Of a stretch of 64,000 bases of DNA, positions 1 through 9,385 are shown one piece after another. Every line of letters starts with the position of its first letter. Position 1 is the first letter of the stretch. Position numbers and translations under genes: made by a program. The stretch comes from a virus. The stretch is taken from IMG/VR virus record IMGVR_UViG_3300017761_005873, positions 1 to 64,000 of that record. The stretch is one strand, 5' to 3'. The notes under the pieces are model-generated. The model searched no databases. It worked only from the letters and a program-made list of their open reading frames with translations, and was not told the origin of the DNA.

Positions 1-660
1 AACATTTACTGTACCTCCTGATACATTCACAGTACCACCTGTTACATTGATTGTACCACCTGAAACAGTAACAGTACCACCACTTGGTAAATTGACTGAA
101 CCACCGCTAGAAACAATAACTGAACCACTAAATCCTGAAAGATTTATATTTCCACCACCACCAATAACAACTGTTCCTCCTGATTGATTAACAGAACCTC
201 CTGATTGATTAACAGTACCACCACTTCCAACATTGATTGTACCACCTGATTGATTAACAGTTCCACCACTTGTAACATTTACAGTACCGCCTGAAACACT
301 TACAGTACCACCACTTGGTAAATTAACACTACCACCACTACTAACAATTACTGAACCACTATAGCCTGAAAGATTAATATTTCCACCACCACCAATAACA
401 ACTGTTCCTCCTGATTGATTAACAGAACCTCCTGAAATATTTACAGTACCACCTGAAACAGTTACAGTTCCACCACTTGGTAAATTAACTGAACCACCAC
501 TACTAACAATTACTGAACCACTATAACCTGAAAGATTAACTGAACCACCACTAGTAATAATAACTGTTCCTCCTGAAATATTTAAATTACTACCGCTAGG
601 TAAATTAATACTACCACCGCTACTAACAATTACTGAACCACTATATCCTGAAAAACTAAT
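1..660 (-). repeat. Coding Gly/Ser/Val-rich short repeats (SGGTVNV, SGGSVNL) with near-exact DNA duplications
   Basis: For example tccaccaccaccaataacaactgttcctcctgattgattaacagaacctcctga occurs at ~151 and ~382. Confidence 0.8.
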
Positions 661-1989
661 TGTATTACCTGGTGTTAAAATATTTACAGTTCCACCATCT
701 CTTGATTGTACTGTAGTTCCTGTAGTATCAACATAAACAGAACCTCCACTAGTATTAACAGTACCACCACCACTTATAACTATTGTTGGTGTTCTATCAA
801 TTATTACGAATCCTTGACTATCAACAGCCAATGGATATAAAGTAGTCCCCGAAGGAACTGTTTTAATATTTAATCTATCGACATATGTTGTATTTGCTGA
901 ATAACCTTGGATATTTGCACCTAATACTATTGTATTTAATGAGTGTGCTGTACTGCTATTACCATGAACAAAACTATATTGTCCTATTGTAGTTGAACTA
1001 AAACCACCTGCATGTGAACTTCTACCACTAGCTATTGTATTTTCACCTTCAGAATGTGAATATTGTCCTAATGTTGATGTATATCCACCTTCAGAATGTG
1101 AACTTCTACCACTAGCTATTGTATTTTCACCTTCAGCATGTGAATAATTACCAATTGCTCTTGTTTGATATCCTTCAGCATGTGAACCTTGCCCATATGT
1201 TATAGTATTTTCACCTTCAGAATGTGAATACTGTGTTACTGCTGTTGTTACATATCCTTCAGCATGTGAATATTGTCCATATGTTATTGTTTCTCCACCT
1301 TCAGCATGTGAAGATATATTACTTGCTATTGTTCTATATCCTTCAGCATGTGAATAATTACCAATTGCTCTTGTTTGATATCCTTCAGCATGTGAACCTT
1401 GCCCATATGTTATAGTATTTTGCCCTTCAGCATGTGAATACTGTGTTACTGCTGTTGTTACATATCCTTCAGCATGTGAATATTGTCCATATGTTATTGT
1501 TTCTCCACCTTCAGCATGTGAACTTACACCGTTTGCAATTGTACCTCCACCTTCAGCGTGTGAATATGCCCCATTTGCTTCCGTATATGTTCCTTCGGAA
1601 TGGGAATTATCACCATATGCTCTTGTATAATTTCCTTCAGAATGAGAATCATTACCAATAGCAAATGTATAATAACCTTCAGCATGTGAAGCGTAGCCAC
1701 TAGCAATTGCTCCCCTACCTTCAGCATGTGCATAAGATGCATTAGTTGTTGCTGATGTTCTATAACCTTCGGCATGTGAATATGGACCACATGCTCTTGT
1801 TTCAAAACCAATTTCAGTTGCAGTTGAATTACAAGGTGGGTCTGATTGTGTGCTATATACACCTGATTGACCTAGTGTTACCCCTGATGGGCCACCAACA
1901 TAAATTGTTGTTGCTGTTATTGCACCTACAAATTTTATTCCACCGCCTTCTATTGTGGATTGTATATTATTAACTTTAAGAGTACTCAT
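1..1989 (-). CDS. Tail fibre/adhesin-like protein, partial (runs off window start): 14-aa SHAEG (YadA/Hep_Hag head-like) repeats followed by Gly-rich SGG(T/S)VNV repeats
   Basis: Not in ORF track. ATG at 1989 gives MSTLKVNNIQSTIEGGGIKF..., with repeated SHAEG/SHSEG at ~42-nt spacing (~1000-1790), then SGGTVNV/SGGSVIV repeats to position 1. ACTATTTAA motif upstream. Confidence 0.8.
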   Translation of the reverse strand, partial: MSTLKVNNIQSTIEGGGIKFVGAITATTIYVGGPSGVTLGQSGVYSTQSDPPCNSTATEIGFETRACGPYSHAEGYRTSATTNASYAHAEGRGAIASGYASHAEGYYTFAIGNDSHSEGNYTRAYGDNSHSEGTYTEANGAYSHAEGGGTIANGVSSHAEGGETITYGQYSHAEGYVTTAVTQYSHAEGQNTITYGQGSHAEGYQTRAIGNYSHAEGYRTIASNISSHAEGGETITYGQYSHAEGYVTTAVTQYSHSEGENTITYGQGSHAEGYQTRAIGNYSHAEGENTIASGRSSHSEGGYTSTLGQYSHSEGENTIASGRSSHAGGFSSTTIGQYSFVHGNSSTAHSLNTIVLGANIQGYSANTTYVDRLNIKTVPSGTTLYPLAVDSQGFVIIDRTPTIVISGGGTVNTSGGSVYVDTTGTTVQSRDGGTVNILTPGNTISFSGYSGSVIVSSGGSINLPSGSNLNISGGTVIITSGGSVNLSGYSGSVIVSSGGSVNLPSGGTVTVSGGTVNISGGSVNQSGGTVVIGGGGNINLSGYSGSVIVSSGGSVNLPSGGTVSVSGGTVNVTSGGTVNQSGGTINVGSGGTVNQSGGSVNQSGGTVVIGGGGNINLSGFSGSVIVSSGGSVNLPSGGTVTVSGGTINVTGGTVNVSGGTVNV
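1131..1522 (-). repeat. Near-identical direct duplication (210-bp offset, 5 x 42-bp units) in the SHAEG array
   Basis: 1131-1312 and 1341-1522 match except for a few substitutions (tcaccttcagaat vs tgcccttcagcat). Confidence 0.9.
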
Positions 1990-2008
1990 CTTTTTTTTCT
2001 TTAAATAG

Positions 2009-2311
2009 TTATAGTATTGTTAAATTTGAATTTAAAGGTACATTTATTGTTCCTAATAATCCTAATCCTATAGGTCCAATTATTATTGCATTAGAATTTT
2101 GTGGTATATCTATTGTTTCAGAAACAATTTGTGGATTACTAAAAAAATTAGCTGATATATTCATAAATGGTTCAGCAGTAGATAAAGTAGTTGCTAAATT
2201 ATCAACTGTAACATTATAAGTTGAATTACCTTCTTGTGCAGGTAATGCTGTATTTAATGTTGGTGTAATTAAATTGGGTAATTGGGTTATGGTTTTTCCT
2301 GTAACTATCAT
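2009..2311 (-). CDS. Small virion/fibre-associated protein
   Basis: 100-aa ORF. N-terminal KTITQLP and C-terminal TINVPLNSNLTIL resemble phage fibre accessory proteins. Lies in a structural operon. Confidence 0.5.
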   Translation of the reverse strand: MIVTGKTITQLPNLITPTLNTALPAQEGNSTYNVTVDNLATTLSTAEPFMNISANFFSNPQIVSETIDIPQNSNAIIIGPIGLGLLGTINVPLNSNLTIL

Positions 2312-2312
2312 T

Positions 2313-2840
2313 TTATGTAAATTTTAAGTATTGATTTTCACCAACTTTTATATATTCATCCGATATTCCTGTTAAGATTGCATCATAAATATCAATTTCA
2401 ATCGGTGGAGGTTGTGGTGGTATTGCATTTGTTTGTGTTATTGTTTGTGTTTTAGTAAAAGATGGTAAAACTTCAATATCAAGTTTATAATTTAATGGAA
2501 CAACAATAGTTTTTTGTTCTCCATATTTTTCAAAAATAATTTTAAACTCACCTTTGTATTTTCCAGGTTTTGATGTATCTTTTTTTGTAAATTTATATTG
2601 AATTGTAAAATCAATAATTTCTCTACAACTATCTTCTTGGTCTAATTGTAAATTATTTTTAGTTTCTACATTAACAATAGCACCTTTGTCACGGATTTTA
2701 TAAACACCTCTTTCATCAATCATTGAAAACAATACAGTTGCATTTTGAATTATTTCAACTAATTGATAGAAATTTCTACCTTTATAAGGTTTCAACTCTA
2801 ACATTGGTAGTTCGCTATTTTGTTTTATTGAAAAATCCAT
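2313..2840 (-). CDS. BppU-like baseplate upper/fibre adaptor protein
   Basis: MDFSIKQNSELPML...YKFTKKDTSKPGKYKGEFKI matches the BppU N-terminal Ig-like pattern. Confidence 0.6.
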   Translation of the reverse strand: MDFSIKQNSELPMLELKPYKGRNFYQLVEIIQNATVLFSMIDERGVYKIRDKGAIVNVETKNNLQLDQEDSCREIIDFTIQYKFTKKDTSKPGKYKGEFKIIFEKYGEQKTIVVPLNYKLDIEVLPSFTKTQTITQTNAIPPQPPPIEIDIYDAILTGISDEYIKVGENQYLKFT

Positions 2841-5800
2841 TTATTTAAGTTTTCTAAAACCGTATTTATTAGAGAAGTAATTATAGTTCTTTTTAATTTC
2901 AGGGAATGGTAAATCAATGTCATACATTCTAAGTCTTTGTATTTTTCCATAAAATGAGCCATCAAAATTTTCTTCAATAACAGATTTAATTCCTTTATTA
3001 TATAATATTTCAGTACTGATGGTATATGAAGTTGTACCTGTTAATTGAATTACATCATATTCACGGAATGAAATATCATCAAAATAAAAATTATAATAAG
3101 ATGTTATATTTTGTGAATTTTTGAATTTAACAACAGGTGTATAAGATGTATATCCAGTTATTCCACTTGGTGTTACAAAGTCAATTGATAAGTAAGTCCA
3201 TGTATTTGCAGAACTACTTGTATTGTAAGTTGTACTTGTTAATAATTCAATTTCAGAACTTAATGGATTTGTAAAATCAAAATAAATTCCTTTTTCTGTA
3301 TTTAGATTATATCCATTGTTATCATAGAAATATCCTTCCAAAACATATCTTTTATTTGGTTTTATTTCTAATGCATTTTCAAAAATTAATAGATTATTTG
3401 TTAATGAACTAAATGTTGTTGCAGTAGATGATGAAATAGAATTAGGAATTGGATTAAATTCAGTAAAGCTATAATTATCAATATAAAATTTATAATTTTT
3501 TGTTATTGCAGTAGTGTTTCCTGCTTTTATTACAGGTGTATAAACCGTGTAAGATGATAATACCCCAGGGGTTGTAAACTCAATACTTAAATCAACCCAA
3601 GTATTTGATGAAATAGTATTATTATATGTGATTGATGTTAAAATAACATTTTCACTTGACAATGTAGGTTCAAAATCAAAATAAATACTTTTTGATTGAC
3701 CACTTAAATAACTATTATCATCATAGAATTTAGTTGATAATTTGTATTTTTTACTAGGATTAATATTTATATCTTCAAATTTAAATATATTATTAGTTAA
3801 AGATGAATATGTTAAACCTGTAACAATATCTTGTTCATATAATTTAAAATCATCAAACTTAAACCCATAAATTGATGGGAAACAGTCACCAAAATCAACT
3901 GTAGCACCTAATGTGTAAGCTGTTGAACCTGTAATTATTGAAGGTGTTTTAATTTCAGTTCTTAATGTATACCAAGTATTAAAAGAATCTGAACTTGTGT
4001 ATGCTGTTTTACCAAGAACTTCATTTTCAGTATTTAAATTCAAGAAATTTATTTCGACATACTTATATGTACTTACAAAACTAAAGAAATCATTAAATCT
4101 TGATTCAATTATGTAAACTTTACTTGAATTTATTGGTTTAGGGTTTGTAAATGTAAAAATTGTATTACTAGGTGAATTGAATGTATTACCTGTAAGGTCA
4201 GTATTTCTTACATTTAAAATAAATTTAGATGGATTACCAATTTCACTAAATGGTAATGTTTCTAATGTACCACCAAACAAATCAATTGTAATACCAGATG
4301 TAATACCACTAGTATGACCACTATTTTCAAATTGACCAAAATTAGCATCATTTATTGTTAATGTATTTGATGTATATTGAGTTATTACAAGCGATGGTAA
4401 TGCAAGTTTAAGTGAACTATTTCCTGAGAAATATTGTTCTGTAGATACTTTTAATAATGTATTTTTTGTTTCGCTTGATACATTTTCAATAGAAGATTCA
4501 AATGTCTTTGTATAACCTGTATTATATACATAACTAAATCCTGTTAAGGAAAGTACAGGTAGTAAATTATAATTTTCATTATAAATTTCATCAAAATAAA
4601 ACTTATAACTTTGATTTATTCCTGATGGGTTATCAACAAAAACATATGGTGTATATGATGTATTTCCTGTTATTTGAGTTGGGGTGTTAAATTCAATTTT
4701 TAAATTATTCCAAACATTAAAAGATGTTGTGGTTGTGTAAGTTAAAGAACTTACAATAGTATGTTCTGAATTTAATGGTGGTAAGAATCCAATATAAACA
4801 CCTTTTGTTTCACCTGTATTGTAACTATTATTATCATAGAATTTAGCATTTATAATATATTTTTTATTAACTTCAGGAGTTAAAGCTGATAATCTTAATA
4901 ATGAATTGGTTGTTGAACTAAATGTAAACGATGTAAATGGTGTTAAAGGGTAATTTGTAATTTTAAAATTATCAAAATAAAATTTGTAATTTGAACTTAT
5001 ACCACTTTTGTTATATAATTTTGCAATAGGAATGTAAGATGTTGAACCTGTTAATGCACTAGGTGTTGTAAATTCTAAAGATAAATCAACCCAAGTTTTA
5101 GAAGAAGTTGTTGTGGTATAAGTTAAAGAAGATATTATTATATTTTCAGAATTTAAACCACCTGAAATTTGTAAAATTACACCTTTATCTTGACCGCTTA
5201 TATAACTATTATCATCATAAAATTGAGTATTAAGTATATATTTAGTATTACTTGTTATTGTAAATGAACTAAATTTAACTAAAACATCTGTTGTTGATGA
5301 TAAAGTGAATGATGTATAAACATCGATTGTTGAGGATGAGACAAAAAAGTTATCAAAATGAAATCTATAGCCAAGATTATTTATTGTAAGTGATGTTACT
5401 GTTTTTGCACTAAGTGTACCACCTGTAAATACTAAAGTAGCTTTAGATGGTTCACTTAAATCATGTTCATGGTCAATACTTGTTGAAAATTTATATGTTG
5501 TATTACCTGTCATTACAGAAGGTGTTTTGAATAAATAACTTAATTTTGTCCAAGTATTTGATGATGTCGTAGATGTATATGTTTTAGCAGATAAAATAAT
5601 AATTTCAGGGTCTAATTTTGGTATAGTATCTAAATAAATACCTTTATTTGAACCTGTCCAAGTTTTTGCTATATTTTGTGTATATGCAGAAACTCTAGTT
5701 GTATTACCACTTAAATCTGTTATCGTATAACTAGTTGTCAGATATATAGTAGTGGATGTATAATCATATGCATAACCTTCATAATAATATTCTGTATTTG

Positions 5801-8800
5801 GTAATAATGTTACATTTTTCTTAAAATAAAATAAATTATTATCAATACTAAAAAATGGCGCATAACTGTTTTTTTGTGGATATGGAATAATTTTTAATCC
5901 ACTAGTTCCACTATAAGGTAATGAGTTATCATATGGGTCTAAACCAGCTGTATTATTATTTGCTAATTTATATTGAAAATTTACCAAGTTTTCAAAATCA
6001 AAAATTTGTCCTGTTGGTATACCATCTATTTCGCTAAAATCAGAAATCGGATTAAACGTATTAATTGTAAGTCCTGTTGTAATTGTAATTCCTGATGAAT
6101 TACCAAATAATTTTAATGATGTTGCACTTGTATAGTATTGATTTGAAAATTGTTCAGTACTTGATGTTAATATTGATGCATTAATTTCTGATGTAAATCC
6201 ACTTATACTGCCTTCAAAATTGTATAATATTGTACCACCCGAAACATATTTATATAATGTTTTAGTTGATGAGGTTGCTGCTGATAATATTAATGAACTT
6301 AATCCTGAAAATGTTTGAGCAGTTGTTGATGTTATTACAACATCTAAAATATCTGTTGTTACACCACTAATGCTAGTATCAAAATTAATATTGCTTGATG
6401 TATTAAAGAAATATGTATAACTTGTTGAATAACCTGATAGGTATGTTATTGAAACAATTGGGTCAAAAGGTTTTAATTTTAATGAGTAATTACCTGAATG
6501 TGTAAATGCTGTACTTGATGTAATAATTATATTAATAACATCACTTGTAACACCTGTTATATTATTTTCAAATGTTCCAATATCACCATTTAAGAAATAA
6601 TTTGTATTTCCTGAAACTTCATATTGTTCAAAAACAAAATCATCAAAATAAAATTCATAATTATTTGATATTCCTGTTGGATTAACAAATTTAATTAAAG
6701 GTAAGTAAGTTGTATTTCCTGTTAATATTGATGGTGTTAAAAATGATAATTCTAAATCAACCCATGTCTGAGCAGATGTTGTAGTTGTATATGTTAAAGA
6801 TGAGATGATTATATTTTCAGAATTTAATCCACCTGAAAATGTTAAATAAACACCTTTGGTTTGCCCTGAATTATAACTATTATCATCATAAAATTTACCC
6901 TTATAAACATATTTTCTATCAGGAATTATATTTACAGGATTAAATATTAATAAGTTATTTCCTGTTGCACTAAATGTAAATGCTGATGTTGAGACAACAG
7001 TTTGTAAAATACTAGGTGAATATTCAATTATTGAAATATCATCAAAATAAAACTTATAATTATTAACTAAATTAGATGTAAAATCAACTTTAACAGATGG
7101 TAAATAATTTGTAATTCCTGTAAATGCCGATGGAGTTATAAATTCTAATTTTAAATCAACCCATTTTCTTTTTTCAACCGTATCACCATATGTGATTGAC
7201 GAAATAATTGTATTTTCAGAATTTAATCCACCTTGGAAAGTTAAAAATACTGACTTGCTATTACCTGTAAAACTATTATCATCATAAAATTTAGCAGTAT
7301 AAACATATCTACTATTAGGATTAAATGTTATACCTGTTGTACCAAAAATTGGTGTTGGTAAAGTGTTAATTAATAATAAATTATTAGTATCTGATGTGTA
7401 TGATAATGTAGATGCGCTAGAATTACTTAATTTAAGAGTTGTTTCACATTGATATGGATGGTCAGCACTTATTTCAACTAAACCATTATAAACTTCAGTA
7501 ATAACATTTCCAACTTGATAAATATCATTTATTAAATTTGTACTTGCAGTAATTGTTGTTGATGATACTACTGTTGTTGGTAGTATATTCATTTTTAAAT
7601 ATGAATTATCATTTGTTAGTACAGTTGTAAATAAATTATAAACCACATCAGTAGTAACACCTGTTATTGTAGCATCAAGAGTATTTGTATCACCATATTC
7701 TATTTGATTTGTACCACCTGTTAATTGAACAGTATAAGCATCAAAAGTAAAACTATCAAAATATAATTCATAAAATCTTGTTCCTGATGTTAAATTTTGA
7801 ATTTTAACGGCAGGTGTATATGATGTTAAACCTGTGATTATTTGTGGTGTTTGAATTTCTAAACTTAAATCAATCCAATTTTGTGGTAAATCTTCTGTTG
7901 TTAAATATGTTGAGGAGGTAATTACTTTTATTTCTGAATCTATAGTTTCTAGAAAACCTAAATAAATTTGGTTAACATAACAATTAAAACTATCATTATC
8001 ATATAATTTTGTACTATAAATATATTTTGTATTTGATGTTAAGATAATAGGTTGTGTAAATTTCAATAAATTATTACTTATAGCACTAAAACTATAACCT
8101 GTATAATCTGTATATGTTAATAGTAATGAAGAACTTCCTGAATAAGCCTGTGTTAAACTGCTTGTTAGTAATGAACCTACTAAATCAGATGAAACATTAT
8201 TAATACTTGTTTCAAAAGTACCAAAATCACCATCATTAAATAATGTTTGCCCTGTTACTAAAGTATAACTATAACCGCTTAAATTTTGAAGACTGTATCC
8301 ACTTTGATAAATAAATTCTCTACCTGTAATAATATTTTCAGTTACTGTTGCTGATGAAATCGCATCAACAAATGAATGTTTTAATCCCCAAGTACCGCCT
8401 CCCCAATTTATTGTGAATGGTATACCAATTTGTTTATCAACATCAGTTTTTAAAGGTCTTAACCAAAAAAATTCTTCAAGATTATCTATTTCGTGAAATA
8501 GAACACCATTCACAAAAATTTTAAAATGACCATCTCTTCTTGGAATACAATCAACTAAACTATCATTATCAAAATCTTTAATTTTTTTACAATATCTAAA
8601 AGTAGTTACGATATTTGTCCAACCTGTTGTTTCAATTGGATTATCTGTTTTAATCTCTGTTGTAAATGCAGATGTTACTAAATATTTCAATGATATTGTT
8701 TTATCATTATTGAATTTTAAACCTACTGCATTATATTCTAAATCATCAATAAAATTATAATTATCATAACTTATTTTAGATGTATCATCATTTGAACCTG

Positions 8801-9332
8801 AAAATGCGACATTAAATTTATTTTCTGATTTTGTTCCTAAATATAAGAAGAATCCATCTTTAAATGAATTAATATTTTCAAATGTTTCATTATCAATATA
8901 TAACCAAGTATCTATTGAAAAACCATTCTCATTTCTATATTTTCCAAGTTGAAATGGTTTATCATATAATTTAATATATGTGCTTAAATATCCACCTGAT
9001 AAATCAAAAGAATTACCTTCTGTGGATGATGTGTAAAGTTGTATGTTTGGAAATGTAGTATTACCTTCTGAATCATTATAACCGATTCTATTGAAAACTA
9101 GATTTCTATCTTTTATTGAAAAAGATTTTGAATCTGTAAAAGATGTTGCAAGACCAAAATCGTACATTGTCTGTCCAAAACCTGTTAAAGTAAGGTTTGA
9201 CAGAACATAATTTTCCCAAAATGTTAAACTAGTTACAGAAAATCCTGCATTATTGTCGAATGACTTTATATTTGATATGTCGAAATCAAATATAATGTTA
9301 TCTTTAGTAAGTCCTGTATTATTGAATATCAT
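2841..9332 (-). CDS. 2163-aa virion protein: LamG/ConA-like domain interrupted by nine nested CBM4/9-like modules
   Basis: LamG elements FSIDTWLY, GWTNIVTTF, KIFVNG and C-terminal FYGKIQRLRMY...EIKKNYN. Nine Y/F-x-F-D-terminated beta-sandwich repeats lie between them. Confidence 0.75.
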   Translation of the reverse strand: MIFNNTGLTKDNIIFDFDISNIKSFDNNAGFSVTSLTFWENYVLSNLTLTGFGQTMYDFGLATSFTDSKSFSIKDRNLVFNRIGYNDSEGNTTFPNIQLYTSSTEGNSFDLSGGYLSTYIKLYDKPFQLGKYRNENGFSIDTWLYIDNETFENINSFKDGFFLYLGTKSENKFNVAFSGSNDDTSKISYDNYNFIDDLEYNAVGLKFNNDKTISLKYLVTSAFTTEIKTDNPIETTGWTNIVTTFRYCKKIKDFDNDSLVDCIPRRDGHFKIFVNGVLFHEIDNLEEFFWLRPLKTDVDKQIGIPFTINWGGGTWGLKHSFVDAISSATVTENIITGREFIYQSGYSLQNLSGYSYTLVTGQTLFNDGDFGTFETSINNVSSDLVGSLLTSSLTQAYSGSSSLLLTYTDYTGYSFSAISNNLLKFTQPIILTSNTKYIYSTKLYDNDSFNCYVNQIYLGFLETIDSEIKVITSSTYLTTEDLPQNWIDLSLEIQTPQIITGLTSYTPAVKIQNLTSGTRFYELYFDSFTFDAYTVQLTGGTNQIEYGDTNTLDATITGVTTDVVYNLFTTVLTNDNSYLKMNILPTTVVSSTTITASTNLINDIYQVGNVITEVYNGLVEISADHPYQCETTLKLSNSSASTLSYTSDTNNLLLINTLPTPIFGTTGITFNPNSRYVYTAKFYDDNSFTGNSKSVFLTFQGGLNSENTIISSITYGDTVEKRKWVDLKLEFITPSAFTGITNYLPSVKVDFTSNLVNNYKFYFDDISIIEYSPSILQTVVSTSAFTFSATGNNLLIFNPVNIIPDRKYVYKGKFYDDNSYNSGQTKGVYLTFSGGLNSENIIISSLTYTTTTSAQTWVDLELSFLTPSILTGNTTYLPLIKFVNPTGISNNYEFYFDDFVFEQYEVSGNTNYFLNGDIGTFENNITGVTSDVINIIITSSTAFTHSGNYSLKLKPFDPIVSITYLSGYSTSYTYFFNTSSNINFDTSISGVTTDILDVVITSTTAQTFSGLSSLILSAATSSTKTLYKYVSGGTILYNFEGSISGFTSEINASILTSSTEQFSNQYYTSATSLKLFGNSSGITITTGLTINTFNPISDFSEIDGIPTGQIFDFENLVNFQYKLANNNTAGLDPYDNSLPYSGTSGLKIIPYPQKNSYAPFFSIDNNLFYFKKNVTLLPNTEYYYEGYAYDYTSTTIYLTTSYTITDLSGNTTRVSAYTQNIAKTWTGSNKGIYLDTIPKLDPEIIILSAKTYTSTTSSNTWTKLSYLFKTPSVMTGNTTYKFSTSIDHEHDLSEPSKATLVFTGGTLSAKTVTSLTINNLGYRFHFDNFFVSSSTIDVYTSFTLSSTTDVLVKFSSFTITSNTKYILNTQFYDDNSYISGQDKGVILQISGGLNSENIIISSLTYTTTTSSKTWVDLSLEFTTPSALTGSTSYIPIAKLYNKSGISSNYKFYFDNFKITNYPLTPFTSFTFSSTTNSLLRLSALTPEVNKKYIINAKFYDNNSYNTGETKGVYIGFLPPLNSEHTIVSSLTYTTTTSFNVWNNLKIEFNTPTQITGNTSYTPYVFVDNPSGINQSYKFYFDEIYNENYNLLPVLSLTGFSYVYNTGYTKTFESSIENVSSETKNTLLKVSTEQYFSGNSSLKLALPSLVITQYTSNTLTINDANFGQFENSGHTSGITSGITIDLFGGTLETLPFSEIGNPSKFILNVRNTDLTGNTFNSPSNTIFTFTNPKPINSSKVYIIESRFNDFFSFVSTYKYVEINFLNLNTENEVLGKTAYTSSDSFNTWYTLRTEIKTPSIITGSTAYTLGATVDFGDCFPSIYGFKFDDFKLYEQDIVTGLTYSSLTNNIFKFEDININPSKKYKLSTKFYDDNSYLSGQSKSIYFDFEPTLSSENVILTSITYNNTISSNTWVDLSIEFTTPGVLSSYTVYTPVIKAGNTTAITKNYKFYIDNYSFTEFNPIPNSISSSTATTFSSLTNNLLIFENALEIKPNKRYVLEGYFYDNNGYNLNTEKGIYFDFTNPLSSEIELLTSTTYNTSSSANTWTYLSIDFVTPSGITGYTSYTPVVKFKNSQNITSYYNFYFDDISFREYDVIQLTGTTSYTISTEILYNKGIKSVIEENFDGSFYGKIQRLRMYDIDLPFPEIKKNYNYFSNKYGFRKLK

Positions 9333-9385
9333 TCTATTTTATATATAAATAGAAAAATATTCAAAAAATGACGTAAGTATTTGAT

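Noticed and set aside
1000-1800. 42-bp periodic repeat (ccttcagcatgtga) resembling a CRISPR array
   Set aside because: The units are in-frame codons for SHAEG in a long minus-strand ORF, the constant part is short and degenerate, and no cas genes are present.
1224-1973. Track ORFs 1224-1415, 1434-1661, 1524-1862 and 1746-1973
   Set aside because: Shadow frames of the real fibre gene 1-1989(-).
9344-9351. T4-type late promoter TATAAATA on the plus strand
   Set aside because: No plus-strand gene follows. At unidirectional sites the downstream gene is always on the TATTTAT strand.
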